Notes under the pieces: model-generated
Database searches by the model: none
What the model saw: only the letters and a program-made list of their open reading frames with translations
What the model was told of the DNA's origin: nothing
Assembly (NCBI GenBank): GCA_046160545.1
Contig: JBJXGS010000245.1
Span: forward strand, 25,280-89,279
Direction of reading: 5' to 3'
Length of the DNA stretch: 64,000 nt
Source: Burkholderiales bacterium
GTDB lineage: Bacteria; Pseudomonadota; Gammaproteobacteria; Burkholderiales; JAEUOS01
Shown: in pieces, positions 12,001 through 18,452 of the stretch
Layout of the letters: each line of letters begins with the position of its first letter
Numbering within the stretch: position 1 is the first letter of the stretch
Translations under genes and position numbers: made by a program

Positions 12001-14719
12001 CGGCGCCGGCAATGATCGAGAGGGCCCGGCCGGTCGTACCCAGCTCAATACCGCGCAATTCGTAGCTGCTGCCGCCGATCTGGCCGTCGCCGTTGGTCGA
12101 GGAAAAATAATCGATGCTGAGCGCACCGGGGCCGGCAGGCGCCTGGCGCAGGTTGAGCGCCGTCAGTCCGGTCACGCCGGTGTAGGGCCCCGCAGCACTG
12201 AACTGGGCACCCTTGACGACGATGTTCGCGAGTTGCGAGGCACTGCCGATGGTGAGCACGGCGGTTTCCAGCCTTTGCAGGTCGGAATTCGAAATGATCA
12301 GCCCGGTGCCGACGGCTTCGCCGAGCAGGATTGCGCGCGTTCCCGGGGAGAACGGCGCGATCGTGATTGACCCGCCGGGTGCCGCAATCTGGCCAGCGCC
12401 GAATGACACCGAATCGGCAGTCAACGCGATCGTGCCGCCGTTGGAGGAGACCGCGGTCGCCGCCAGGGTATTGATGTCCAGGCCGAGACCGGAAGGCGCG
12501 ACCCCGGTCAGCGACACCGTCCCGGTGCCGGCGTGGGCAATGTTGTTGCTGCCGATCATGCTGATGCCGGAGCCACTGGTGCCGTTGGCCGTGCCGACCA
12601 AGGTGATGAGTCCGCTGCCGCTTGTCTGCAGCCCCCCGGGTCCGGTGATCCGGACGCCGTTGGCGCCGTCGACCGAGGTGCGCGCATTGATGGTGATGTT
12701 GCCGCCGCCGGCATTGATCAGACCGCGTATTTCCGCACCGTCGTTGGCGGTATAGGGCCCGGAAATTCCACCCGCGGCAGAGGCCGCGCCGCCTCCGCCG
12801 GTCAGGGTGACGTTGCCGCCGTTGGAAAGGATCTGCGAGCCGTTGTCGAGGATGATGCCGCCGTTGTTGGCTGCCGCGCTGTCGGCGTTGAGTGTCACAT
12901 GCAGGCGACCGGCGCTCGAAGCAATCGAGATGCCCGACTCGACAATGATGTTCTGATGGGCGTTGAGGGTCAGGCTGGCGTCGCCGCCGGCTGTCTTGGA
13001 GATCGATGCCTGGACGCGGATGAAGCCATCCTGGCTGTTGGCGCCCGCCGTACCGGTGGTCACTGTCACCGAGGTACCTGCTTCGAGCGCGGCAACAATC
13101 AGGCTGACATCGACGATTGAATCGTTGTCGGTGCTGGTGAAGTTGGGGCCTGCGGTGACGTTCTGGGACGTGACGCCGATGCGGATGTTGTTGGGATCGA
13201 GCAGCCACTCGCCGCCACGACCACCGCGCCGCGCGTGGACAGTCGGCGCGCGCGTGACCATGAGCATGCCCTTGCCGGAGGTCTCGACGAGGCCGCCATT
13301 GCCACCCTGCGTCCCGCCCATGGCGGAGATGCTGCCGGTGACCACGGTCGAAACGTCGGCCCAGACGATCGCGCGCCCGCCGTCGCCGCGCAGCATGGCG
13401 TCGGCGCGCAGGACGACATCCGGCGCGATGCGGGTAAAAAGGGCGTTTTGCACCTGTGCATTGCGTCCCTGGAAGTCGCCGCCGACCAATAGCGTACCGC
13501 CGCCCGCATCGCCACTGACGTCGAGCAACGCGGCTTCGGTGAGGGCGACTTCGCGGCCCAGCACTTCGACGCGACCGCCCACGGCCGGAAGCGCGTCAGC
13601 GCCGGCTGAGGACGCGCTTGCGGTCGAGCCTCGCGCCGAGACTTCGCCCGCAAAAGTGGTCACGCCGCTGCGTGCCTGCAAGGTCACGCTGCCGCCTGAG
13701 GATCCGTCGACGCTCAGGCGCGCGCTGGTCTCGACGATTACGGAACCTTGGTCCGCGCGGACGACTACGGTGCCGCCGGAGCCGCCGGAGCCGCCGACAG
13801 GATTCGTGATCGCGGCGACCGCGGACGTTCCACTCGCGCTGATCTGCGCGCCGCGCTCAATGGTGAGGGCCCCGGACTCACTGCGAATCTCGACGTTGCC
13901 ACCCGTCCTGCCGTCGGCAACCGTCTGGCTACCCGTCCCGATGGTAAGGGCGTCCCTGGCGGCGAGTACGATCTTGCCGCCTTCGCCGGCCGCGGTCTGA
14001 GCGCGAATGTCGCCGGAATGCTTGAGCGTGCCGGCAAAAACGCCGACGGCTCCGCCGGAGAGCTTGCCCAGCACCAGCGCCTGGTTGGCTGGCGCCTGCA
14101 CCTCGAACTTCATGTCGTTCAGGTTGCGGCTGCCGAGATCGACTTTCTCCCCGGCCGCCAGGACGACATTGCCGCCTTCGCTGCGGATCACGCCTTCCTT
14201 GGCGACGCTCACGTTGGGCGCGATGATGTAGATGTCGCCGCTGCCCCCGTTGACAAAACCTTGCACCTGGATCGCGCCGGCCTGGCCCTCCTTGGCGAAC
14301 TTGAGTACGCCCTTCTTGAAGTCGGCGTCACTGATGTTGAGCGTGGAGGCGATCAGGCCCTGGGTGTCGACGCGGCTGCCGGCCCCGAAGAGGATGCCGT
14401 TCTGGTTGATCAGGAAGACCTGACCGTTTGACGAAAGCGTGCCCAGGATGACGCTGGGGTCCTGGCCGCGCACGCGGTTCAAGACGGTGCTGGCGGCACT
14501 TTGCTGCTGGAAGCGCGTGGTCTCGCCGGCGCCGATCGAAAAGCTCTGCCAATTGATGATCGCGCCGGGCGTATTGGTGACCGTGAGGGCCTTGCCCTGG
14601 GACTGAAAGGTCGCCTGCCCGTTGGTGACGACGGGGTTCGTCGGGTTGGCCTGTGCGTACGCCACGAACGCGCCTGCGACGGCAAGCGTGAATGGTCTAA
14701 GCGGCAACCGGCAATCCAT
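1..14719 (-). CDS. Giant filamentous haemagglutinin/HMW1-type TpsA exoprotein (>4,900 aa; 3' end beyond the window)
   Basis: Manual translation from ATG 14719 (GAGG upstream; alternative ATGs 14728/14734): MDCRLPLRPFTLAVAGAFVAYAQA|NPTNPVVTNGQATF...AIINWQSFSIG...VLNRV.G.DPS.ILG.LSSNGQVFLINQNGILFG, i.e. signal peptide plus TPS domain; later GGLVETSG...GEWLLDP. The same frame reads at position 16, no stop-bounded ORF in this frame appears in the track, and the Pro/Val-rich + strand shadow ORFs keep one register throughout. Confidence 0.92.
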   Translation of the reverse strand, partial: MDCRLPLRPFTLAVAGAFVAYAQANPTNPVVTNGQATFQSQGKALTVTNTPGAIINWQSFSIGAGETTRFQQQSAASTVLNRVRGQDPSVILGTLSSNGQVFLINQNGILFGAGSRVDTQGLIASTLNISDADFKKGVLKFAKEGQAGAIQVQGFVNGGSGDIYIIAPNVSVAKEGVIRSEGGNVVLAAGEKVDLGSRNLNDMKFEVQAPANQALVLGKLSGGAVGVFAGTLKHSGDIRAQTAAGEGGKIVLAARDALTIGTGSQTVADGRTGGNVEIRSESGALTIERGAQISASGTSAVAAITNPVGGSGGSGGTVVVRADQGSVIVETSARLSVDGSSGGSVTLQARSGVTTFAGEVSARGSTASASSAGADALPAVGGRVEVLGREVALTEAALLDVSGDAGGGTLLVGGDFQGRNAQVQNALFTRIAPDVVLRADAMLRGDGGRAIVWADVSTVVTGSISAMGGTQGGNGGLVETSGKGMLMVTRAPTVHARRGGRGGEWLLDPNNIRIGVTSQNVTAGPNFTSTDNDSIVDVSLIVAALEAGTSVTVTTGTAGANSQDGFIRVQASISKTAGGDASLTLNAHQNIIVESGISIASSAGRLHVTLNADSAAANNGGIILDNGSQILSNGGNVTLTGGGGAASAAGGISGPYTANDGAEIRGLINAGGGNITINARTSVDGANGVRITGPGGLQTSGSGLITLVGTANGTSGSGISMIGSNNIAHAGTGTVSLTGVAPSGLGLDINTLAATAVSSNGGTIALTADSVSFGAGQIAAPGGSITIAPFSPGTRAILLGEAVGTGLIISNSDLQRLETAVLTIGSASQLANIVVKGAQFSAAGPYTGVTGLTALNLRQAPAGPGALSIDYFSSTNGDGQIGGSSYELRGIELGTTGRALSIIAGAGGIIVPRGPTSLNSHVGTQNGAVTLDTTGAIGSGTWQLFPSQNAIDTANYLAFSGVEAPSSIAIGQTHAPTDVWISGGANLNFGLVTINGDSGANQTSTRGLIASSVGAINFNDNVNVGVGRLWALADSNRTGTATNAVNLAAGKFLTTTSTAHVTDAAGVPNGVLPVELVGASLNIAGDVNVGDNADVYVAPRGINGAYLAEIYVGNQTSGLLPNGNALPTFRLSQATIDRIHLNRVGANSTGGLLRVGSPTPSVTFSSGPITFGTGANSVTLLPTSSGAFGTTGTIDRDSNTGTANALTLSANAVTFNALGAIGQASGSAGMVFSAPSFRVIGSGGNNVTLTETSAGNTNVRRLTTNGAGNVSVTKASGTLTFTPFFAASLDRTLTSGNIAISANNVVVNDTTINAGGTLSINATGTLTVAAGVVAIPGQTFIESTGLQTINANGITVQGAASGSGNFAEIRSAGGQIITVGAGGIAVSGGTGTNNWAGIKQTGAATHQTITVNGGGDVFIAGGTGTDNFARIENSGPIQSLDFSAAGSVLTILGGTGGNGNEASFDNNLASATSQTISFASGGNINLTGGTVGNGNAAVIVVNGGNQTINGNAAIAAVGGASGGAVNDDNAAAIVVDDLVGSGTQTINASSISLTGGAGGTIGAAAIVVGNALQTQVVNATGNVTLQGGAGNDSAAIIGSLDNPANTTLTVGGTLQLTGGSGAGTIGSVAIVGAINAGATVTANVQGGVTLNAGAVGGAIVGSSTSGAGSVTVNAGLGGTGNLALNAGQIRTGGSASLTTSAAGGSISQAIGGVINAGALTTTSGAGTVLTAGINSFASYIGTNSTTGDLAVNNNSGGSYNFSATNSAPGGNVGSAGATGGIIVPIGGRVQSNGGLVSLGASSVQILATGANAVNSTGNGATSTGGDIVFSVDNAALGSAAGSVNAGTAGAVRFFNVSPGRPIDLGTEVAGALSLTASEIGSITGAMLRIGTSTAGDISISNPITVSPGVLSLETGGGVATIGGGNITAGALGVRAVNAVSLAGGTQVGSFAATVSGAGQALSLTNNSGVLIGSVDVLDGVRTNNANLTVQTTGANSNVTVANTAASEDVDAGSGTLNLGNLGIGGTASTTVNGQVRGGRVVYTTDHLIIGAGSTTNATTFGSTGGIQILAPTNSTVPIVLTDSGSGAGVVTQSMLDTFTLNSGNLTIAAWAAPLTVAGNIVLTGALQPIFTNLTTRGGNIAFNANISTTEALFVRTTEGGTNTGTITGAGRIASSNTFAHAAQGINLTNATNSLGVANLSVSTSGNITAANGVSIVGLTFFNNVPGGSVTVNSSGFLSVFGSSSTNNGAVNLNAAILQLDAPLSAGSGAVSLTATAPLNGTINQSASGTITASSLALDTSASTNNGSVALRADSGGILSIAGTSKIAGNLTLNAGGRIVDYGGTVDVGGTTSITAGGQTNTGNLRVTGQGIAASIVNGAGTSTITAGGAGGAGSDFDLSSLYGSATQANVVVNLTGAAYTAGNVRSASAIALAAAPNVITGPVTIRTADPVISTGPAAYNLVQGGALNFGGKNLTVTGSGVNDVTLTNASNNSLSQATFTNTRNTALTVADATVLGASTVTGTLGVTGATGLTLSGTLITGGDTTLLSGAGTLSIGGNINAGAGVIDFGAANVSFSGLGSTLTSSNVGTGLLSSGTWTLSGVGGPQVTVDARAALNTVTLSPGTNYTLQFLRPSSVNTLNWNAGTVAGAGGANGESLTVNTALNWAGGAAFNLPVLNIGNGAIANISGTVLGDNGITVNNAGTWNHNGASFNLGDGTTIFNNQATGILNLVGAGTISSVDQFTNAGQIVKSGAGTATLSAGDGANTWTGSGSVDGQAGTLALSSFSGTNQMAYTGLAGGIVHFSGSVRTFGASSSFGGGALFSFTGAGNNTVSGAVTGGDFNVAAGTTALFNGASGATAGTVTSAGTTMFNAGAASTLGSLTISGGTFTPTSIVNTGGLTWSGGTIAAGAGGVTLTGTGTWTDTAQTTLSGGLRVGTGATLNVIGPTDAQKRIGAGTLTIDSGGTFLWSAGMIDVVGNGTVVNNGLFETTTNLNLGDRSGGVGTVSFTNGATGIIRKSGGPGAPNSNSATTLGSLGAVAGTANFINFTNNGAIDVQVGTLQFNFGQNGATGGGTVTNNGATTVASGANIEWGGPATHSAASSFTGAGGFHVFRGGNVNVNGAFSLSGDVTVGNGGSGSATATFAPATAMNIANLSVSGASATFGGTLSANSLALPSGTATFNGPTNLVNATQSGGTLTGTGLVNVSGAMTWSGGSMAGGGTTALQSGATLAITGGVTNSRTLTNAGTTTWSSGAVTNIGTITNSGVFNAQTSNNAHDLLGTGIFNNQSGAVFNSNPGGGTDATFEGTFNNAAGATINIAAGSNFNYLTGATFNNSGSMVFALGAQFRNGTNGHFGTINMNAGSSLTGDGIWTVGLLGLNDTATIAGNTTLGPGMSFVQAGGTTTLAAGQTLTVPTLSQSGGSMGGSGNLTVTNSYSRTGGTLAGTLANISITQSTGNLAAPSFAATSSVTLAAPAGAITDANGAGTVNVTAPTVTLSAINGIDLDTATGSLTMSNTSGGAASVRNTGALALGNITSAGALSIINNAAITQAGGTSITAAAGATFDTSAAATLGSVDVTAQNPGGGGLTIAGGSRIAGNFTLAAGTRNVDYGSTVDIGGTVSVTTSGTHNTANQRVNGQASGAGVVNGAGTSTITAGGGGTNFGLTQSVYDQATQANIDILLTGTNTTAGGPTPTAAAITLANAGNSIAGPLTLRTIDPLLSTGSAIDYNLTQAAAINFGNRNVRIVAGSTLGDVTLANLGNIVGGSGVFRFSGTRVTQFITNGSVLLGASNVLDNLFVQALGAGVTMQGAISGAGSTTLRGQADVVVNAAYTNTAGVAGRSFAAISDASVVFSNGGTGSISTTQPLNVILNSDRAGAGDGAIALFGGTSITTAGGTFTAGGGADPLTTSAVGTAFFNDGVGLFGTTISTGGGAISIRGTGFAGVSNNHGVSIGGGTLVGSASGAIGIVGVGGAGSGTDNHGVTIAGGGAVRSLAGGNVSVTGTAGSGGLAVHVAGGAAISSTGTNGANATAVLAATAGQAGGAVNVTGIGGNIAIDGNVVSTGGTGGRGFDAVVAGDAGTAAAAGGAGGAVTINSTSGAVAVGFSGVVQSLGALGGIGGNGAAGSAGANAVSAIVFATNGQTGGAGGTGGVGGAGGTVQVLANTTIDASGAIESRAANGGEGGNGALGGVGGNGLAFSNGGNGGSGGSGGVGGNGGNVALVTLRTTPSTGGSISVAGSVYAGAGNAGGGGNGGNGGAGGGASGFFGPGATNPRRGGNGGTGGSAPSGGNGGNLALPDAILISSGGGNIDIIGGSGVSVAAGVAGGPQSAGAGGAAGIGVAGALNGTAGVSGSQFFTSSGGNADGLVRLEALNGRIDDAGGSGVINAFRLLATARDGVSLQNSSNDIYNADARVTGTGDIVLRTFQNVTMTDLDGDTFAIRANSGNATIGGNFIDLASNVQLGGTGILNFQPGVGVYLSVLGGTVDANQFNVSQNLVFYNPTTVNAPISVVGALELFADLTVGGATPNVTANTISWNGGALTAGTIDIANGGTIANFVVLDAALNLNGGTTTLANSDVSGSGTVTVASGANLRATGLSSLTNGGGLVNNGVLSVDAENGDTTLVIGGSLVNSTTINLTSSGSGGNATLDLGGSTLTNTGQINAVSGAGGARTIRAGSFDQQSGQIGGDTALVVDAPFFWTGGNIAAGVDVRLQQGGSISGGTRTLGGTLSNQNGATLALDDVTINGSGAIVNDAQLQTFGANPVALNVPVSGAGNLLIGAPTAFAGFVQQGDAIDINAGGSADMPAGFNINRVTLAGGDLFNQGTSTANQLDIGPGSTLSGGTVQTQTLSFSGGTIAGSTTVEAAAGGAVSGAPILDGTLLVNGGTLTFSGANLGGSGILGNHSALQ
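3491..3943 (-). repeat. Copy 2 of a ~151-aa module inside the giant TpsA
   Basis: SRIAGNFTLAAGTRNVDYGSTVDIGGT...VNGAGTSTITAGG...TQANIDILLTG...GPLTLRTIDPLLSTG..DYNLTQ...NFG aligns by eye with 7298-7750. Confidence 0.85.
7298..7750 (-). repeat. Copy 1 of a ~151-aa module inside the giant TpsA
   Basis: SKIAGNLTLNAGGRIVDYGGTVDVGGT...VNGAGTSTITAGG...TQANVVVNLTG...GPVTIRTADPVISTG..AYNLVQ...NFG; 3,807 nt from copy 2. Confidence 0.85.
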
Positions 14720-15004
14720 ATCGAACATCCTCATGCATCAGCGTCAGGAAGTCCTGTCCGCCTGCCCGACGCTACTTCTCGACTGCTCTCAACGTTCCCT
14801 TATCTCACGAACAGCTCACGATTGCCAAAGGCCAAAGGTATGACCAGCCCGCGCGCAGGCAGACTGCCTTTTCCAATGTTGGTCGAACGCCACGATTCCA
14901 ATGTTTCGCAACATTCCCCCAGCGCAAACGGGTTTGCGCGCATTGTCGCAAATCCCTGCCATGACAAGGGAATAACGCAGGCCCTGCGTTGAGCGAGTGA
15001 TTCT

Positions 15005-15080
15005 TGGTGCCGCCTATCTGACTCGAACAGATGACCTACCGCTTACAAGGCGGTTGCTCTACCAACTGAGCTAAGGCGGC
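15005..15080 (-). tRNA. tRNA-Thr (anticodon TGT)
   Basis: Reverse complement GCCGCCTTAGCTCAGTTGGTAGAGCAACCGCCTTGTAAGCGGTAGGTCATCTGTTCGAGTCAGATAGGCGGCACCA: 76 nt, D loop, CTTGTAA anticodon loop, TTCGA T loop, encoded CCA. Confidence 0.97.
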
Positions 15081-15132
15081 GCAGGGTGAATCGTACCCGG
15101 ACTCGGGCGGCTGCACGCCGCCCGCACGAAGG

Positions 15133-15666
15133 CTATTTGACGACCGTAAGCTTGGGCTTGCCGCCCTTGGCAGGTCGGGCCGGTGCGGTGGCCGCCGTCG
15201 GGTTGTCGACCTCGGCATCCGGACGGTGCTCGCTTTTCACTTCCGCGACCTCGAAACCCATGCCGTGGCCATTTTCGCGCGCGTAGATGGCTGCCACGCG
15301 TGGAATCGGCACCACGATGTCGCGCGCCACGCCGCCAAAGCGCGCGGCGAACTCGATCGCCTCGTTGCCGATCTTGAGGTTGGACGTCGCGTCGAATGAC
15401 ACATTGAGCACGATCTGGCCATCCTTGACGTACTCGGTCGGCACGCGCGTGTGCGCATCGACGACCACTGCCACGTAGGGCGTGTAGCCGCTGTCGGTAC
15501 ACCACTCGTAGATGGCACGGATCAGGTACGGCTTGGTAGAGCGATCGTGGCCCTTCGCCCCGCCATCCCCTTGGTCGGGCCTGCCGGCATCCGCCCCGTC
15601 CACGTCGGACCTGTCCGCGTCCGGACCATCCCCACCGGAGCCGCCGTTGCCGTGGTTGGCGCTCAT
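15133..15666 (-). CDS. sspB: ClpXP adaptor, stringent starvation protein B
   Basis: STKPYLIRAIYEWCTDSGYTPY...F.ARFGG..., C-terminal KPKLTVVK; start reassigned to ATG 15666, just after sspA. Confidence 0.95.
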   Translation of the reverse strand: MSANHGNGGSGGDGPDADRSDVDGADAGRPDQGDGGAKGHDRSTKPYLIRAIYEWCTDSGYTPYVAVVVDAHTRVPTEYVKDGQIVLNVSFDATSNLKIGNEAIEFAARFGGVARDIVVPIPRVAAIYARENGHGMGFEVAEVKSEHRPDAEVDNPTAATAPARPAKGGKPKLTVVK

Positions 15667-15677
15667 TGCCGGCTGGC

Positions 15678-16274
15678 TTACTTGCGCATTACCTTCTCCG
15701 AGGGCGTGAGCGCCTCGAAGAAGGCCGGGCGTGAAAAGATGCGCTCGGCGTATTTCATGACCGGCGCCGCCTGCCGCGGCAGGTCCACGCCGTAGTGGGT
15801 AAGGCGCCACAGGAGCGGCGCGATCGACACGTCGAGCATCGAGAAATCAGGCCCCAGCATCCACTCCTGCTTTGCAAGGTTGGGCGCCAGCTGGGTCAGC
15901 ACCGCGGCAACGCGCTCGCGCGCGCGGTCCTGCTGTTTCTGGTTGCCTTTTTCCAGCGCATCGATATGGATAAAAAGCTCGCGCTCGAAATTGAGCAGGA
16001 AAAGCCGCGTGCGCCCGCGCATGACCGGGTCGGCCGGCATGAGCTGGGGGTGCGGAAAGCGCTCGTCAATGTACTCGTTGATGATGTTGGATTCGTAGAG
16101 GATCAGCTCACGTTCGACCAAGATCGGCACCTGGCCATACGGATTCATGACCGAGATGTCCTCGGGCTTGTTGAACAGATCGATGTCCTTGATCTCGAAA
16201 TCCATGCCTTTTTCGTACAGGACGAAACGGCAGCGATGCGAAAACGGACAGGTGGTGCCGGAATACAAGACCAT
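15678..16274 (-). CDS. sspA: Stringent starvation protein A (GST fold)
   Basis: MVLYSGTTCPFSHRCR...NPYGQVP...LYESNIINEYIDERFPHPQLMP; follows petC. Confidence 0.96.
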   Translation of the reverse strand: MVLYSGTTCPFSHRCRFVLYEKGMDFEIKDIDLFNKPEDISVMNPYGQVPILVERELILYESNIINEYIDERFPHPQLMPADPVMRGRTRLFLLNFERELFIHIDALEKGNQKQQDRARERVAAVLTQLAPNLAKQEWMLGPDFSMLDVSIAPLLWRLTHYGVDLPRQAAPVMKYAERIFSRPAFFEALTPSEKVMRK

Positions 16275-16368
16275 CGTGTAACCCTTCTATGAAGCGGATA
16301 TGCGCCGCACCGGCGCTTGGCGCCGGGCGGTCGAAGCTCACCGCACGCGGGCGCGCGCGGCGCAAAAG

Positions 16369-17139
16369 CTAGTGGATGTCCTTCCAGTACGCGCGGTTGA
16401 GCATCCACGCGCAGGGAAACAGGATCAGTCCCAGGAACAGCAGCACCCATATGCCGAGCGTGCGACGCTCAGCGGCCACAGGCTCGGCCACCCATACCAG
16501 GAACGCGACCAGATCGGCCATCGCGTTGTCGTACTCGAGCTTGTTCATGCGGCCAGGCTTGACGATCTCGAATTTCTCGAATTTTTCGACGGTCTTGGCA
16601 GCGTCGTGCGGATCCTTCTCTTTGACGAACTTGGCCGCCTGTTCCCCTTGCAGCTCGTAGAGCACGTGCGGCATGCCGACGTTGGGATAGACCAGGTTGT
16701 TCCAGCCGGTATCCCGGCCGGCGTCACGATAAAAGGTGCGCAGATAGGTATAGAGCCAGTCAGCGCCCGCGCCCGAATTGCCGATCGCCCCGCGCGCGCG
16801 CGCGATCACCGACAGATCCGGCGGTGTAGCGCCGAACCAGTCCTTGCCGTCCTTGCGCGTCATCGAGGTCGTCATCAACTCACCGACCTTTTCGGCACTG
16901 AACAAGAGGTTGTTCCTGACCTGCTCGTCGGCGATGCCGATGTCCTTCAAGCGGTTGTAGCGCATCGACTGCAAGCCGTGGCAGGACAGGCAATAGTTGA
17001 CGAACAGTTGCGCGCCGCGCTGCAGCGACTGCATGTCGTCGAAGCGCTCCTTGGGCGCGCGATCCAGCGGATGCCCGCCGCCGGCGGCGAGTACCGCAGG
17101 CGCAATCGCGGCCAAGAGAATGAGGATTATTTTTTTCAT
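16369..17139 (-). CDS. petC: Cytochrome c1
   Basis: Signal peptide, CLSCH haem motif, PPDLS, C-terminal TM helix. Confidence 0.96.
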   Translation of the reverse strand: MKKIILILLAAIAPAVLAAGGGHPLDRAPKERFDDMQSLQRGAQLFVNYCLSCHGLQSMRYNRLKDIGIADEQVRNNLLFSAEKVGELMTTSMTRKDGKDWFGATPPDLSVIARARGAIGNSGAGADWLYTYLRTFYRDAGRDTGWNNLVYPNVGMPHVLYELQGEQAAKFVKEKDPHDAAKTVEKFEKFEIVKPGRMNKLEYDNAMADLVAFLVWVAEPVAAERRTLGIWVLLFLGLILFPCAWMLNRAYWKDIH

Positions 17140-17149
17140 GTCGCAGGCT

Positions 17150-18448
17150 TCAGTGCATGGTCACGCGCGAGGGCACGGGCTTGAACTGACCCCAGCGGCT
17201 CCACCACGGCATGAGCAGAAAAAAGGCGAAATAGATGGCCGTGCAGACCTGCGAGACGATCTCACCCTCAGGCGAAGGCGGCAGGGTTCCCAGGTAGCCC
17301 AGGATGAGGAACGAGACGATGAAGGCCGTCAGGATCCACTTGTGCAATGAAGGACGGTAGCGCATCGACTTGACCGGCGAACGATCCAGCCAGGGCAGAA
17401 GAAAGAAGATCACGTTGGAGAGCCCCATCGCGACCACGCCCCACACCTTGGCGTCGATGTAGAAGAAGTTCCACACCATGGCGCGCAGGATCGAGTAATA
17501 GGGCGTGAAGTACCACACCGGCGCGATATGCTCCGGGGTCTTCAAGGGGTCGGCCGGGATGAAGTTGTTGAACTCAAGGAAATAGCCGCCCATCTCGGGG
17601 GCGAAGAACACGATCGCCGAGAAGATGAACAGGAACACCACCACACCGACGATGTCGTGCACGGTGTAATAGGGGTGGAAAGGAATGCCATCGACCGGTA
17701 TGCCGGTCTTGGGATCCTTGTTCTCCTTGATTTCCACGCCATCCGGGTTGTTCGATCCGACTTCGTGCAGCGCCAGGATGTGCGCGGCGACCAGGCCCAG
17801 GAGAACCAGCGGCAGGGCGATCACGTGAAAGGCGAAAAAGCGGTTCAGCGTCGCATCCCCGACCACGTAGTCACCACGGATCCAGATGGCCAGTTCCGGG
17901 CCGATCAGCGGAATCGCGCCGAACAGGTTGACGATGACCTGCGCGCCCCAGTAGGACATCTGGCCCCACGGGAGGAGGTAGCCGAAAAAGGCCTCGCCCA
18001 TGAGTGTCAGGAAGATCATCACGCCGAACACCCAGATCAGTTCGCGCGGCTTGCGATACGAACCGTACAGAAGACCGCGGAACATGTGCAGGTAGACGAC
18101 GACAAAGAACATCGACGCACCGGTGGAGTGCATGTAGCGGATCAGCCAGCCCCACGGCACCTCGCGCATGATGTACTCGACCGACTCGAAGGCCTTGGCC
18201 GCATCGGGCTTGTAATGCATGGTGAGGAAGATGCCGGTGACGATCTGCATCACCAGTATCAGCATCGCCAGCGAACCGAAGAAATACCAGAAGTTGAAGT
18301 TCTTCGGTGCGTAGTACTCGGAAAGATGGCCCTTCCAGTTCTCCATCAGCGGAAAGCGCTGATCGATCCAGGTAAGCAGCCCCGAAGCAGGCTTGTCGAG
18401 GGCGCCCAGGCCTTCGACGACGACGGGTTCTTTGGGTCCGGCAGCCAT
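17150..18448 (-). CDS. petB: Cytochrome b of the bc1 complex
   Basis: RYMHSTGASMFF...YLHMFRG, LPWGQMSYWG, PVWY (PEWY-like) motif. Confidence 0.98.
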   Translation of the reverse strand: MAAGPKEPVVVEGLGALDKPASGLLTWIDQRFPLMENWKGHLSEYYAPKNFNFWYFFGSLAMLILVMQIVTGIFLTMHYKPDAAKAFESVEYIMREVPWGWLIRYMHSTGASMFFVVVYLHMFRGLLYGSYRKPRELIWVFGVMIFLTLMGEAFFGYLLPWGQMSYWGAQVIVNLFGAIPLIGPELAIWIRGDYVVGDATLNRFFAFHVIALPLVLLGLVAAHILALHEVGSNNPDGVEIKENKDPKTGIPVDGIPFHPYYTVHDIVGVVVFLFIFSAIVFFAPEMGGYFLEFNNFIPADPLKTPEHIAPVWYFTPYYSILRAMVWNFFYIDAKVWGVVAMGLSNVIFFLLPWLDRSPVKSMRYRPSLHKWILTAFIVSFLILGYLGTLPPSPEGEIVSQVCTAIYFAFFLLMPWWSRWGQFKPVPSRVTMH

Positions 18449-18452
18449 GTTG

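Noticed and set aside
14-14700. Dozens of + strand Pro/Val-rich ORFs and Arg-rich minus-strand ORFs (e.g. 4746-6344, 3927-5960)
   Set aside because: Antisense or off-frame shadows of the single giant minus-strand gene; the Pro/Val-rich set keeps one register and none has recognisable motifs.
14948-14961. Sigma54-like TGGCAGGGATTTGC on the minus strand upstream of the giant gene
   Set aside because: GG-to-GC spacing is 9 rather than the required 10.
14735-15080. Prophage or integrative element at tRNA-Thr
   Set aside because: No integrase, phage genes or duplicated tRNA 3' end inside the window.
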